This document shows, piece by piece, positions 12,211-25,643 of a stretch of DNA of 64,000 nucleotides. The notes beneath the pieces are model-generated. The model searched no databases. It was not told where the DNA came from and was given only the letters and a program-made list of their open reading frames with translations. How positions within the stretch are numbered: position 1 is the stretch's first letter; every line of letters starts with the position of its first letter. A program made the translations under genes and the position numbers. This stretch comes from Ginglymostoma cirratum (lineage: Eukaryota): the NCBI GenBank assembly GCA_024137785.1, contig JAHRHZ010000035.1, forward strand, positions 24,451,601 through 24,515,600, written 5' to 3'.

Positions 12211-15200
12211 TTTCATAGTTTGATTTCTATCATCAGAGTAGTTATGATTTCAGTATTAAATGATCTCCAGTTCTTAAAACAATTAGTAGAAACAAAAGTT
12301 CACAGATGAATGGACTTCTTGTCAAGAAAGTGAAGTTGTATTCATGATCCTGCAAAAAATTAGAAGGTGTAGACCAATGTGGTGAATGCAACCTGCAATT
12401 TTATTGTGGTTCATTTAGCTACAGTCAGGAAAGTGATCACCTTCCAACACAGCCCTGGAGGATCTTGCTCTAATACATTATTGAACAATTGAATAATATC
12501 TTTATTGCTTATTGGAAGCCTCCACTTTTCTTTATTTGCATTTGTCATTCCTGAGGATTAGAGGCTTAAAAGCTAGGATACATATGAATAATGTACAAGT
12601 GACCAACATGTAATGACATTATCATGCTGATCTATGGAAGATAAGGAGAGATTGATGTGACATCACGAAACATAATTTTATGAATGAAGCTTGGCTAAAG
12701 TAGTTTGATCTGGTCCTCTAAAAACGAAGTCAGAGCAACGTAGTTGAAATAGGTGGCAGTGTGTCAAGTATTAAAATTAATGTAATTGATGAATGGCGAA
12801 GGAAATTGGATAAGAAAATGAGGTATTGATCACCAGACATGTTATGGCCACACGTGAATATTGTCTCTGGTATTTTTGCAAACATGTGTTTTCTACTAAA
12901 GCTTCCCAAAGGAATTTTTCAAAAGTTGATTTTTGCTAACGGCTGAAAGTCAGAAATGACCATTTTAGAAGAAGTTACAGTTTTAGCAAATGCATTTCAT
13001 TTAGCTTGATTTATTTCATTACTCAGATACTGTTAATGTTCTGGATAGTACTTTGAAAGCTGATATTTGATAGTCATTTACATAAATTTGTTTGTATGAA
13101 AATTCAAAGTTACATCACTAAGTTACCAAAGTAACATCTCTATAGCATACATATTCTCTGCCACCAATTGGAAAGTGACTGAAGCCATTAAGCTGTAATG
13201 GAGTTGAAACTCAAGGTATTAACTGAAAAGTTGTTTTTCATGAAAGTAGTGTAAATCTAATTGTTTTCTTTAGCATTTCAAACTCAATTGTCTGATCAGG
13301 AAGTGTTCCAATATTGCCTCTTTTGTCACTAGGTATGATAAATTTTTTGCATCACATTTTCATATTACTGTTTGAGGATTCTAGTTCCAGCAGTTGGTAT
13401 GGTGTAATGTTTCATATAATGTAGCTTTAATCAATATCTTTAATTTTATCTTCTGTGGAACATGGGAGTGTTCCTACTTGTCCCTTTTTTGTACCTGTGA
13501 TGATTTTTATAATATTGGAATTAGATTAGTGTATAACTCTTATATTATATTAACTGGAAAGTAGAAGTACCTTTTGAATTCAACTGTGAGCCTTTGTAAG
13601 GAGATTGGCATAACATGATAACTGGAATGTGACAAAGTAGCTGCAGTTGTAGCTGTATGATTAAACATGTTGTGTCTGCAATTATGTTCATTTTATTTAT
13701 TATTTTGTGAGCAACTATCATACCAGCTGGATATTTGGCAGCAGTTAACCTCAATAATCTGATTATTTGTCTGCACTTTATCTTAAGCAAAGAGACTGAC
13801 AAATAACTGCAAACTAATGAGATAAAAGCTATATGTATCACAGGTTTGCAAAGGCATCTTATCCTTAACTAGTGATGACAAGGTAATAACACTGGCTTGC
13901 AGATACGCTTGACTGTAAATTGGTTTGTTAAAAACATGATGGATGAGGCCAACAATAACCTTATTTCAAAAAGCAGCTCTTGCTTTTTAAAAATCTAATT
14001 CCTATGTATAATGAGTGATATTTAATTAGTGGTTCCTAGATCTAATTGTTAGGCTAAAAATGTGACCCTTAACTTACAATGCCTCACTAATATTTGGTGT
14101 TTGCTATTTAAATAAACAGTGACAGCAATCTATAAAATGGTAACAAATATAACCAACAAAAGGACAACACGATATACAGTACCTAACTTTCTGCTTCTTT
14201 TGTATGTAAAAATTGGTTGTGTGTAGTTTGCAATCAATTGTTTCATTTCAATTTAATCAGCAAATACCGCTTTACACAATTCTCCAAATAGGAAAAAATG
14301 ATTAGCTTGTATACCATTTTTAGTGCTTGACAGCAGAAATATTTGGTGCATTAGTGCACAAATAAGTTAGTTTAATATATTGTCATCTCGGGAAAAATAG
14401 CGTTGTCTACAAAGCGGTAACTGCTAACTGATTCCATATTGTCATTTAAGGGAAGGGTGACCATTTTATAGGGCAGAGCCTGCCGGCTGCTGCTGGTGTG
14501 TTGGTTGGTGCTTTTCAAGCTAAATTACAATTTCACGCCTTCTGTCACTGGCTGTGCTTTGGCGTACAGGGATCACTGATTGAATTCTCCACACGTTTGA
14601 TGGTAGACAGTTGTGAAAAGCTTTCTTGTGTCTTGTCAACATTATAATATATGCCGAACCCATAATATCTTTGTTGTGACTATATTTTGTGGCAAAATGT
14701 TAGTACTTGCTTATAAATTATTGGTGATTCAATAGAAGCGTTAGTTTTTTTGAGTCTCATATTTCGTGTAAAGGAATCAGTTATTTTATTCAAGGTCTAG
14801 AATTTTTTTTTATGATATCTGCAACAGGGTGTGAATCAGTTTGTTGTCTATTATACCACTAGATTAAAGCCACAGTTCGCAGTTCTCATTGTAACTGTTA
14901 AAGGCATTTCTTTAGTCTCTGTCACATGAGTGTGCCCCTTACCATATCTCAGGTTAAAACATCAGCTGTCATCCCAGAAAAGTAAATTATAAAATGTAAA
15001 TAGAATTGTGACTGAAAATGGTGGAATGGTATCAATGCATTTAACAGGTCTAGGCACAGGGAAGGTAAAATGTTATCAGTTTATATTGTGAACAAGGGAA
15101 AAATGTTTTTTTAAACCTCATCTTAGTTTTATTCTCTTCCCCTTTTCAGATTGATCCATCCACACATCAAGCTTAAGTGGTGCTCTGGTTAGGTGTTAAT

Positions 15201-17310
15201 GTCAACTGTCCCCTGCCAATGCTCCTCCATAGCTACAGTGTGCTAACAAGTGGATTCAAAGTGGCTCCAAGTGACTTGCCCTCAGATTTCCCTTTCTCTC
15301 AGTGGAGGAATTGTTTATCCTGTACTTGGCATCTCCTTCAATATCTCAGCCAAGATTAAATCTCCCTTGGTAGAGAATTGCGGATGCACAACAATCTGTG
15401 GTATTGTGCATCGGTGAAATCAATGCATCATAATGCCTCCATTCTTCAACATTCCCCTCATATTTTAATTTATCTGTGAATACTGCTGTATGAAAACATT
15501 CTTTTTATTGGAGCTTTCACTGCACTTTTATTGGATTTTTTTTATTGCTTTATGAACACAGGTTTTAAATATGGGTCTACGACAGAGGTGCAACGTGTGA
15601 GGTATTAGAGTGAAAAAAGGACTGATGAACTTGTGTCCTTTAAAATTTTATAATGCAACAGGATAAGATTTGATTTCAAGTGTTGAGTTTGCATGTGATT
15701 TACTCTTAAAACACTGGCCATCACACTTATTTTGCCATTTACAGCTCATTGGAATGGGAACTGAAAACACCAGCTGAACCATTAACATTATTACTGTTAA
15801 ATATTTCCAATTGTACTTGTGTCTTGTAAAAGAAGTTTGTGAAATGATGGTAATTTACTCCAGAAATCAGGCATTATTAACTGTTCAACCTGAGTGAACA
15901 CTTGAAAGTTCACTTTGCACAAAGAATTGTATCAAACCTGAGTTTACAGAAATACCAGTTATTTGATTTAGACAGCCAGAATCTCAAGAGTACTAGCAGG
16001 AGCTTGGTCCTTTTCCAATATGCTTTTGGGGTTTGCTGATAGGTTCTGCCCTTGGGCATTACATTTGGGACCCTGGATTGTAGTGGATGTGGCATTAAGC
16101 TTGGACCACCTAAAAAGGACTGGACTTGCTAAGCATGCTGGGCAAAAGAAAGCATCTAGCCAGAGGGCTTGTCAGTTAAATTCTGTATGACACAAATGCT
16201 ACTGCCTATTTCTGGGAACACATTTCATGGATTCAGAATTGAATTGAAAGTATTACTGGTGCTGGAAACGCCCATTAGTAGCAACTGACACCTGGGTAGG
16301 AAAGGCTAGCTACCCTGCGGCAGATCACTGGTGCCCAGGACAATATGGGGCTGGTGGAGATAAGACCTCCCCTTGTGAGGATCATTTGGGGCCTGGATTG
16401 CAAACCTCCCATTGCTCATCCTCACACATACAGAAACAGCTGTTTCACAAGGTAAATTAGCCAGTGAACCAACAATGGATTATTGCAGGGGTGTGAAATT
16501 TTCAGATTAATTAATGCTTTCAAAAGATTGACAAGGATTGTCTATGTCCTGTTTGCTGCCATTTGCAGCTGCAGATCCTGGTGGCTGCAAACATAATGCA
16601 TTGCATAATAGACTGCTGAGTTTAGCCATGTTCCACATTGTTCATTTAGTTCTCTATGCACCATAATGCACAGCTGAATTCAGAACTCTGCACTCATTTG
16701 CTAAAGACTAACATACGGCCTGTCCTGATCTAGCAACACACTGATTTATTTCACAATCCTCACACATTTCTTACGTTAACTCTCTAAATCCACACATGTT
16801 GGATTCAAACCTACTGAGTTAAAAGAAAGCAAATGTAGTAGATTTGCTTAAAGACAATATGTGATTAGCTAATCTGGGACATGACAAGATGGCATGAAGC
16901 TGCTGCTTTTTTTAAAGGAAATGTGTTTTGTACAAATGATCATTTGGAATTCTAAACATGGAATAATGTTTGGTTTAGCTCTCATAAAGCCTTGCTTATC
17001 TTTAAAAGAACAAAATTAACTCAATGATATTCTCAAAGTGATTTTCCTGTATCCAAACTGAGCTTTCAAGAATCACCCATTGAGGTTTTTGGAAGGAACT
17101 CTGTTTTTTATGCATTAGATTCAAAAATGTCCTTAAAGCAATATTGGCTGTTACACATCGAGGATGTGACTTACATGTTCAATTATATGACTTACATGTA
17201 TAGGTAATTAGACATACATATTCCAACAGTCCACTAAAATACATAAGTTCCCAGGCAAATATATCTATAACCTAAATGTAAACTTTAAAGTGATCATGTG
17301 CTATGAATCA

Positions 17311-17460
17311 GAGATAACAAGGTGTAGAGCTGGATGAACACAGCAGGCCAAGCAGCATCAGAGGAGCAGGAAGGCTGACGTTTCGGGCCTAGACCCTTCT
17401 TCAGAAAATGAAGGAGGGTCTAGGCCCAGATTCTCCAGCATCTGCAGTTCCTACTATCTC
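17311..17460. mobile_element. Short fold-back Penelope-derived insertion (family A) with 15-bp TSD
   Basis: Flanked by the direct repeat ATGTGCTATGAATCA (17296-17310 and 17461-17475); ends GAGATA...TATCTC; left part is the reverse complement of the Penelope 3' end at 33980-34076. Confidence 0.9.
17377..17404 (-). ncRNA. Minimal hammerhead-ribozyme-like core (Penelope type), antisense to lmx1b
   Basis: Minus strand reads CTGAAGA-A-GGGTCTAGGCCC-GAAA-CG-TC. Confidence 0.65.
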
Positions 17461-18879
17461 ATGTGCTATGAATCATATGTTTGGCATGAGGTAGTCTGAA
17501 AATTCTTAAACATTTTTTAACATAATTCATTTATTCAAAACTCTTGTCTAAGTAACAGCACATGGAGATTCCCCACAGACTGTACATCCTGATGAATGGG
17601 AGAGTAGTTGGTTTGCAGCATGTAGAAAATGCTTTGGCTGAGGTTCATATAGTGTATGTCTCAATAGTTGGGATTCTCTCTCAAGGAGCTGATTAAGTTT
17701 CCACTCCAAGCATGCTTCAGAAGAGGGATCATCTGTGTTAGTTTGCTGAATCATTATTGTAGTTCTCAGGTCTGCTTATGTTCCGTAGTATTCCAATTTA
17801 TTGCGCACTGATTTTATTTCAAAGATATCAAGAGTCATTTTTCAATTATGAGTGACCTCTGATAGTCTTTGTAAGTCACAATAAATAACCAAACCTCTAT
17901 ATTTGCAGCTTAGCATCATTTCCCACCGCTAATGCAATCCTAAATCAATGCAAAATATCTCCCATCAATTGATACTAAATCTGGGTTATTTTATCCATTG
18001 TATTATTGGTTTCAAGATGCCTAAATCCAAGTTGTTAATAGTTTAAAGGCTATAATTAGATTACATGTTGAAAAAAATCCCTGCAGGACATTTTTCATGT
18101 GTATGTGGATACCAAGCCAGAGCTCATTATCCACTTTTAGCCACGTCTGCTTTCAAAGCATTATGTCGTGTTAAACAGTTTTGCATTATGATGTTGAGCT
18201 GCATCCTTGTGCATTTACATTCCAAGCATGAATAATCCAATAAATTTTACTCACAATTTTAATAACTTAATTTACAGAATTTCTAAGATAGCCTGAATCA
18301 ATTAGTTTTACCATTAAAATATACAAAAGTTATTTAATTAACTGATTAAGGAAGCAGTTATTACAGGATTAACAAATGATTGATTGTAAGACACAAGCAA
18401 TTATTTAAGTAAGATCTGATAATACTTATTTCCTAATGATTAGCTAATTATAAATATGTTAGAGAACCTAACATGTGTGTGAATTTTAATTAATTGCTCT
18501 TTCTCCCTAGGTATTATTTATTTTAAATGACCAGTCAGAGCTTAAGAAACAAACAAATTAAAAAACAGAGTGATTATGATATATAATATGGAACACTGGG
18601 AAAAGAATGCTTTCTTAAATTGTCAATTATTGGACTGAAGCATTATCCGGCACTTCCAATGATGTGTTTTAATAAAAAAAATACTCGAGCAAAAAGGATG
18701 TTTTAATCCTTTGTGCGATTACACACCCATCAATAAATTCTTTACAACATTAGCAAGGATTATTGCCTGTCGATTTCTTCATTTTAACATTAAACATGAT
18801 GGAAAAATCCTCAGATTTCTTCAGATATATTTATTGATCTTCATGCCCATTGTTCTTAGAATAAATTGGATTGACAAAG

Positions 18880-19260
18880 GAATCATAATTTTTTCAGTCC
18901 TCAGGACATCCCCAAACTATTTCACAACCACAAATCGCTCTTGAAGTTTCGCCATTATTACTTAGAGAAAGGTGACAGTTACTTATTGGAAAAATTTATT
19001 CCACTAACAGCGATGGACCAAATGAGGAGTTAACTTGCTTTTTTTGGTGCTGATTAAAGTATAAATATTGGGCTGGGTAACCATCCCATCTCTTCTTTGA
19101 TTAGTGCCAGGAATCCTTTATACTCACATGAACAGGGAGACACAATGTTAGTTTAATGTTTCATCTGAAAGATGGCACCTCTGATAATGTATCACAATGT
19201 CAGTAATCCCCCCATGTGTCAATCCAGATGATGTGCTGAAGCCCTGGAATGTGGCCTTGT
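18880..19260 (-). mobile_element. Deu-domain-like SINE (SacSINE1/AmnSINE-related), old
   Basis: gtttaatgtttcatctgaaagatggcacctctgataatg... and catcccaaa...ttcacaacc motifs; + strand relatives at ~55680 and ~56995. Confidence 0.6.
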
Positions 19261-19639
19261 TTTTATGTAAGTAAGCTATTGGCTTACTATTGCTGTAATA
19301 ATTGAGATGTTAAAATAAACTAATTGTATAAGAAATATGTATGAATAACTGACCTTTACAGTGGTGATGAGTGGTTTAACTTGCCTGGGACTGATTTTTC
19401 AGGTTGTGTATTTGTATCTTTAGCTTCCAGCCCAGAGAGCTGAAGGTAAAAGTTCTTGTAATTTATAAAGGCCTGACCTTCTGCTTTGGAACTGATTCAA
19501 TTGCAAGAAACTGAAATTAGGCTTTGGACTCAAGTCACTCAAATTTAATTCAATCTGAAGGAAAGTTCCAAAAATTTAAACCTAAAGAAATCCCCAAGCA
19601 GCTTTTAAAATGTGCAGGTATTTATTATTATTATGATAG

Positions 19640-19890
19640 AATTATAGTGAGATACAGCATGAAATGAGGCAATTTGTTCAATCAAACCTGGAAAGAGATG
19701 TTCATTATCCCTGTTCTCCAGAGGTTGCAATACTTCTCCCTTCAAGTATATATCCAATTCCCTTTCATATGTTACTGTTGAATCCGCTTCCACCACACCA
19801 TCAAACACTGCATTCCAGACAGTAATAACTTGCTACGTTTAAAGAAAATTTAATTCTCCAAAACTGTATTGGTTCTTTTGCCAGTTGCCT
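19640..19890 (-). mobile_element. Old CR1 3' end fragment
   Basis: Minus-strand ORF remnant VVEADSTVTYERELDIYLK is typical of the CR1 ORF2 C-terminus. Confidence 0.7.
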
Positions 19891-20249
19891 TAAAAGCTAC
19901 TACCATGGAATCGTCTGAAGTAGTTTGGGAAACAAAAGAATAATCCTTCTGCTAACATTTCTAACTATCCTGAGCATCAACTATAAATATTCCTACCGTA
20001 GTTTACCTTCTCTGTTATCACTAGCTTTCTCATTCATTACAATGCGTAAAAAGCAGAAAACTGCAGCATACATTATAACGGCAATATAAAAAAAAGACTA
20101 GCTTTCAGGATTATGATTTATCATTTTATTATGTATTTTATACTGAGAAAAATAGTAAAATATAGTGATAAGCTTTTCCACTGTCTCCATGATCAGGCAT
20201 CATTTTGAATCATTTAAGAATAAGGAAAAGATAGAAAGATATGGCTTAA

Positions 20250-20700
20250 AGACAGTCCATCAGACTTGAGCCAGCTCATCACCTTCAACACCATATGTGC
20301 CACCATTCCTCTTCCACTGCCTCACTGCTGTCTACACCGGATCCAATCAAAAGTGAGGATGTCACTCTTCAGGCACTATCTTTCACCGCTGAGCCTCCCT
20401 CAATGATGGTGCCTCTGCCAATGTGGCAGCCGCCAATTCTGATTTCAGGACCTGTGCTCGCCCCAGAAGTGTAAATAGGGGCCTACTCGCTGCCATGATG
20501 TCCGCTTAGGGCTTACTCGCCACCGCCATATGTCTGCACTGGGTTCACTCGAGTGCATGCTGGGATTCCCCACCGCAGCCGATGGTGTGGCAAGGGAAAT
20601 AAGTAAATAAAGAAAAAAAGGCAAGAAAGGAGAAAAAAAAAGAAAAGCAGTTGGAGCGGATGAGCCCTGGCTCAGGAGCCCCACTCCACCATCATCTTGA
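20250..20700. repeat. Unclassified interspersed repeat (GC-richer, with internal A-rich tract)
   Basis: Sharp composition change with several CpGs and the tract aaagaaaaaaaggcaagaaaggagaaaaaaaaagaaaagc; family not identified. Confidence 0.4.
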
Positions 20701-23700
20701 TAATGAAATACCAGTGCAAAACATAAAAGCAATGGGATTGCCAAAGGTTTAAATACGGTAAAAGATTTACTTATTTAATCTGTAGGTTTTTGCTTCTATT
20801 ATTGCATCTTCATTATTTGTACTGTTAATTGCTCGACATTCTGTGGACTTAGCCTTGTGTGAGCTATTGCTTCATGCACAACTATTTCACCAGTTCTATC
20901 TAATATTAAGTGAATAAAAACACTATTTATTTTGTATGTATGGTGTATGCCTTTATTGTGTTACTTAGTGTATTTTTGAACTGATCCACAAAGCCAAAAC
21001 TTTGGATACTCTTCCATTGCAAAAAAAAGTCCTATCTCCTGTTTTTGGAGGAGGACTTCTCTGTGAAGACAGTTGATAAAAGTTACACTATTCATTGATT
21101 TTAGACATTGGAACCAAAACTATGAAGCAGACCTATTTTAATTGTGTTCAGTTGAGCAACATGGATGTTTAAATAGGTGACATTTATTTAATGCAGGCAA
21201 AAGTGTTTGCTTTCTTTGTTATGATAGTTCCAACTCAAAATACACCTAAGATTTTAATTGCAGGAGTCAATGCTATGATAATAACACAATGTCAAAACTG
21301 TTGTAGAACTACAAGGTCAATAATTCTTTATACTTTGATGAACATCAATGTTTACAAAACAGCATGCTCACATCACTTGAACCCTTGGGGCAAAATATAC
21401 AGTTCCTATTAGTTAAAATGACAAAGTGATAAACAAACTCTTGCTCTGCGGTAATCACTGAATTTATCTGATGAGCCATATAGTTATGACTTGGTCTTCA
21501 TTGAGCTCTCTAATCTGACCTGCAGTGACTTTCTCTTAGGGCCCTTAGATCAGGGAAAGCCAAAGATCTTGGTCTTGCCCCAGACAATCCAGCTACTTTT
21601 GTCTGAATTTTGGATGAGGACAGGATTGATAAGCAACCCCTCAGCAGAATATCTACCTGTCTTTGCCTTTTGCATGCGTTTAGCAACTGCCTCAAGAATT
21701 CAAGAGTGAACTTGCCTATGGAATCACATTCTAGTAAATAGCCTGCATCTGTAAAGGTGTGGGGCGCAAAAACAATCAATCTTTGAAATGAACATATTAC
21801 TTTAATGTGCTCATCCTGGACTTTCCTCATGTAATTTATTTTATGCACTGAACTGGGAAAAGCAATTTCAACTGGTTGCATATTTATTTACCTGCTCAGT
21901 CACTCATTCGTTAATTGTCATGTGCTGCTCTACAATGTGTTTTGCAGCTTGCATGCGGACAATGTGGAAGGATAGCATCACTCAGCATCATGTCTACATT
22001 GAGTCAGGTTCGTAAATTTGTTGAACAATGTCTAAGCTTCATGAGATCAAAAGCAATGTTTGAGATGGCTTTTGCCTATTGTACTGTTGAACATCTCTGT
22101 GAGCTTTTGTTTAGCACAACACAAATGGGTCAGTCGCACTCGATAACTGGCACAGCTTCATATACTTTTCAACGATTATAAAGCCCATTTGACATTGTAT
22201 GAATACCCCTTTCTAGCAACCCAAAGTGGAGAAATTGACAAAAGTACCTTTAGAATCTAATGAGTAGCAGCAGCAAAGTAGAATCAGTTAGATCAATAAA
22301 TGAAGCAGATGTCATTGCTTTGTAAGGTTTCAATCTCTTCAAGGTCTTTTGGCTGCTGTGAAAGGTGGGTTCAAAATAAAGCATGAGCGCATGAATTGTG
22401 CACATCAATCAACCAATTTTAATTGTTAGCCTCCAAAAAATGTGGGACACAAATGACAGTGCCAGTTAGTTGGCTTTCATCTTTGTGGCGAACGTTTCAT
22501 ATATTTGTTTGAACACATCCAGCTATCTGCCACCAACACGCATCTCTTCATTTCTTGTGTTTACAGTGGAGCCCAAAAATTTTAGAATGATATGACCTCA
22601 ACTGAATATGTCCTCCTTGTGTTGGTACTTCTTGCCACCTTCATTCAGTTTGCTGAATGATATATGACTGACCTGGTGAATATGCTGAGCTCTTATCCCT
22701 GCAATATAGAATGTTAGATTCACAGTATGACCGTTGGCCCAGCTCTATACAAGTAGCTCTGGCAGCCAGGGAAATGTCACAATCAGAAGTGCAATCTTTG
22801 TTCTAAACTGTGGTGGCTGTATGTCAATTCTGCTTAAAACATTTTGTTGTGGATTACACACAATGGCTTTGGCTGCCATCATTAGACCATCAGTCAGGGA
22901 GGTACTGCATTGAGATAAATGAATTAATGTAGAAACATATCACTTGAAAGGTTGTATCATGTGAGTAGGAACATAGAACGTCGATAAGTAATTGAACAGT
23001 CTCTAGTCTAGTTGTGTGGTACATAACACTCTAATCTGTGCATGATATATCTTAATTATCTTTGTTCAATTGCTTCAGTGACTCAAAGGATCGGGGAAGT
23101 AAGATTATGTTCAGTGTGAAGTAGTCCTTTTTGACATTATTTGAAAAGAAAACCTTGAAGTATTTTGATTTCTGTTTCAGTCCTCTGTTTTGTTCTTTGC
23201 TTATACCTTGAGCTTCTCCCATGGTGGTATATTGAGAGGACAGCCCAGGTGCATTTTGTAGTGTCCTCATTCATTTTAATATGAGAAAATGCCAGACATG
23301 TTTAGTCTTAGCTTTGTGAAAATGGGATAAATAAGCAATGGACCCAAAACCAGATCTAGTGCTGCATGGATAGTTCTAAAGTGAGCAACAAACTGGAGTG
23401 AACTTTTACTTTTGATTGTAATTATTGAGTATTATGGAATAAAAACGAGCTGTTTGACAAGGTAATGGCAACGAAAGAGTTAAAGTTGAAGTTGCACGAT
23501 CTCTCGCAAAACCTGATGAGCTCACACACACAAAACTGGAGAAGCAGTTTTATATGAGGTCCCAATGGAGACAGAAATGGCAAACCTGGCCCCTGGTGAT
23601 CATAATTATGCTTAACCAGTTGATTTTGATTGTATTTATCTGTATGGAAAAACGATATCTTATTATGTAGGTCTTCTTCTTCTTGATAAAACTCTCTAGT

Positions 23701-25396
23701 GATCTATACCAGAGCTGCAGAGTCAGAGAGGCTGCAGATTTTACATAAGGCAATGAAAGGGCATGTTTAGTAGTTGTGAAGAGAGGGTCTATAAGAAAGA
23801 AAAAGTTTAAAACTTTTACAAATTCTAGTCACTCAGGATTTAAATTGTGATCTCAGCGGAAGCATCATTAAGGCTGTAGTCAAAGATTTTTATTTAAAAA
23901 ACCTTGCAAGGGGACACATATTGGATATTAGAACTTGAAAGGTGAGGAAATATCCATTTTAACCAGGAAGAATTGGGGAAAATTCAACTTGGCTCCAGAA
24001 AATGGGAAAAGCCGCCAGAAGGCACAATCCTCCATTTTGATGGTTAAAACAATGCAGGAAACCTCAGTAAACAGTACAGCAATATATTATTACCATTTAA
24101 TAGAATTTGAAACTTAAAAGAAGCAACACAGTTCAGCATTGCTCGTTAACTAAATTTAAAGCTTTATTGGAAAAGTTCATAAAGTATTGCTGTAATACAG
24201 ATTTTAAAAAAGTCTTCAAGACAAGGAAAAGAAGACCGCCGTGCTATATTACAAAATTATTGCTGAATGAGCAGCAACCTTCCAGTGTTATGATGGAGAA
24301 TGTGAAAATGTCTAATTCACTACAAAGCCATCCACAGAGGGTGAATTAAAATGTCCAACCTAATCAAGGTGTTAAAGTAAAAAGCTTGCGTACTTCAACA
24401 CCAAGATACCAGCAGACTGTGGGTAACGATTTGCTTGAACAAAACGGAGGGGAGCTGCATCTCCATGGAAGCCTGACCAACACCTACAGTTTCAGGATTT
24501 AGTCAAAATGAAGAAATTACCTGGTCTGAACATTCAGGGTGCTGGAAGGTAAAGAATACCTCTTCAGAAAAAAGGCAATCATCTGGTCCAGAAATACAAG
24601 ATATAGCAAGAAAGAAAGTCCATGCTTCAACAAAGTAACAAACAAAGCATCTTCCATGATGGGCTGTCATAAGATGAAAGATCCCTCAGCTGATTTTATG
24701 GTGCAACTGCTTGACTTAGCAGAGAAGAGTTCCTCTGCAAAGGAAATTCAGGGGATTAAGAGTCGCCCCATATGTGGTAATGGACCAACTGCTGGGTTAA
24801 ACATGAATGAAGCCCTCTGCAAAGGACATCCAAGTGACAAAAGGTCTTCCAGCGGAGAAATGATTTATAAGAGATCAGAATCAAGATAACAGTCCTCCAG
24901 CCAAAGACTTATCAATCTTCCACATCAGAAGACATTGCATTCTGGTAGAATTGTGAAAGTTCCAAACAGTCTACTTTAGTGAAGATCAAGACTTTGTAGG
25001 GGTAGGGGCTGGAGGTAAATGTAAAGCTTGTATTGTTAACTAAGGGGCAAAAAGACTTGGGCAGAGATGCTGTACAAGGTAATGAGATGAAAGAGTTAAT
25101 GTTGAAATTACAATAGCTCACACTCCACCTGGTGAGCTCACGTAATCTTTTCCAGAGCTGACCCAAAATTATGAAGAACAAAGGTGGCAACTACCTATAC
25201 CCACCCGAAGGTTCACTTTATATTCTATGTATAAATGAGCCCTGTTTTTGGAGAGATTATTCAAGGATTCGAAGGCTGACTTATATGCCAACATCAACAG
25301 TATTTATTTCTAGTAGTGAGACCATCTTGCAATTCATTATCAATTGAGCCACAAGTAAGTAGTTTTGGGGATATCTTATAAAGATCATACTTTGTT

Positions 25397-25643
25397 CAAA
25401 AACAACATGGAGAATGCCGAAAAAACTCAGCAGGTTTGGCAGCATCTGTACAGAGAGAAACAGAGTTAACATTTCAAGTCTGGTGTGACTCTTAAATAAA
25501 AACCGAAAGAACTGTGGACGCTGTAAATCAGAGATACCAATAAAATTGCTGAAAAAGCTCAGCAGGTCTGGCAGCTTCTGTGGAGAGAATCAGAGTTAAT
25601 GTTTCAGGTGACCAGTATCTCTCATATGACTCTTCTTCAGAAC
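25397..25643 (-). mobile_element. Two adjacent or nested Penelope-derived short elements (family B)
   Basis: ctcagcaggt(t/c)tggcagc(a/t)tctgt...cagagttaa occurs twice (~25426 and ~25558); the block ends with gactcttcttcagaac (CTGAAGA on the minus strand). Confidence 0.8.

Noticed and set aside
17165-17200. Short direct repeats (tgacttacatgt twice; also ~54030-54075 and ~29190-29220)
   Set aside because: Two- or three-copy slippage duplications; not CRISPR-like, with no regular repeat-spacer array anywhere in the window.
18300-18500. Many TAATTA/TTAATT hexamers
   Set aside because: Very AT-rich context makes them expected by chance; no other support.
23512-23545. CTGATGAGCTC resembling the start of a hammerhead core
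   Set aside because: No paired stem II or GAAA box follows; likewise for ctgatgag at ~21468.
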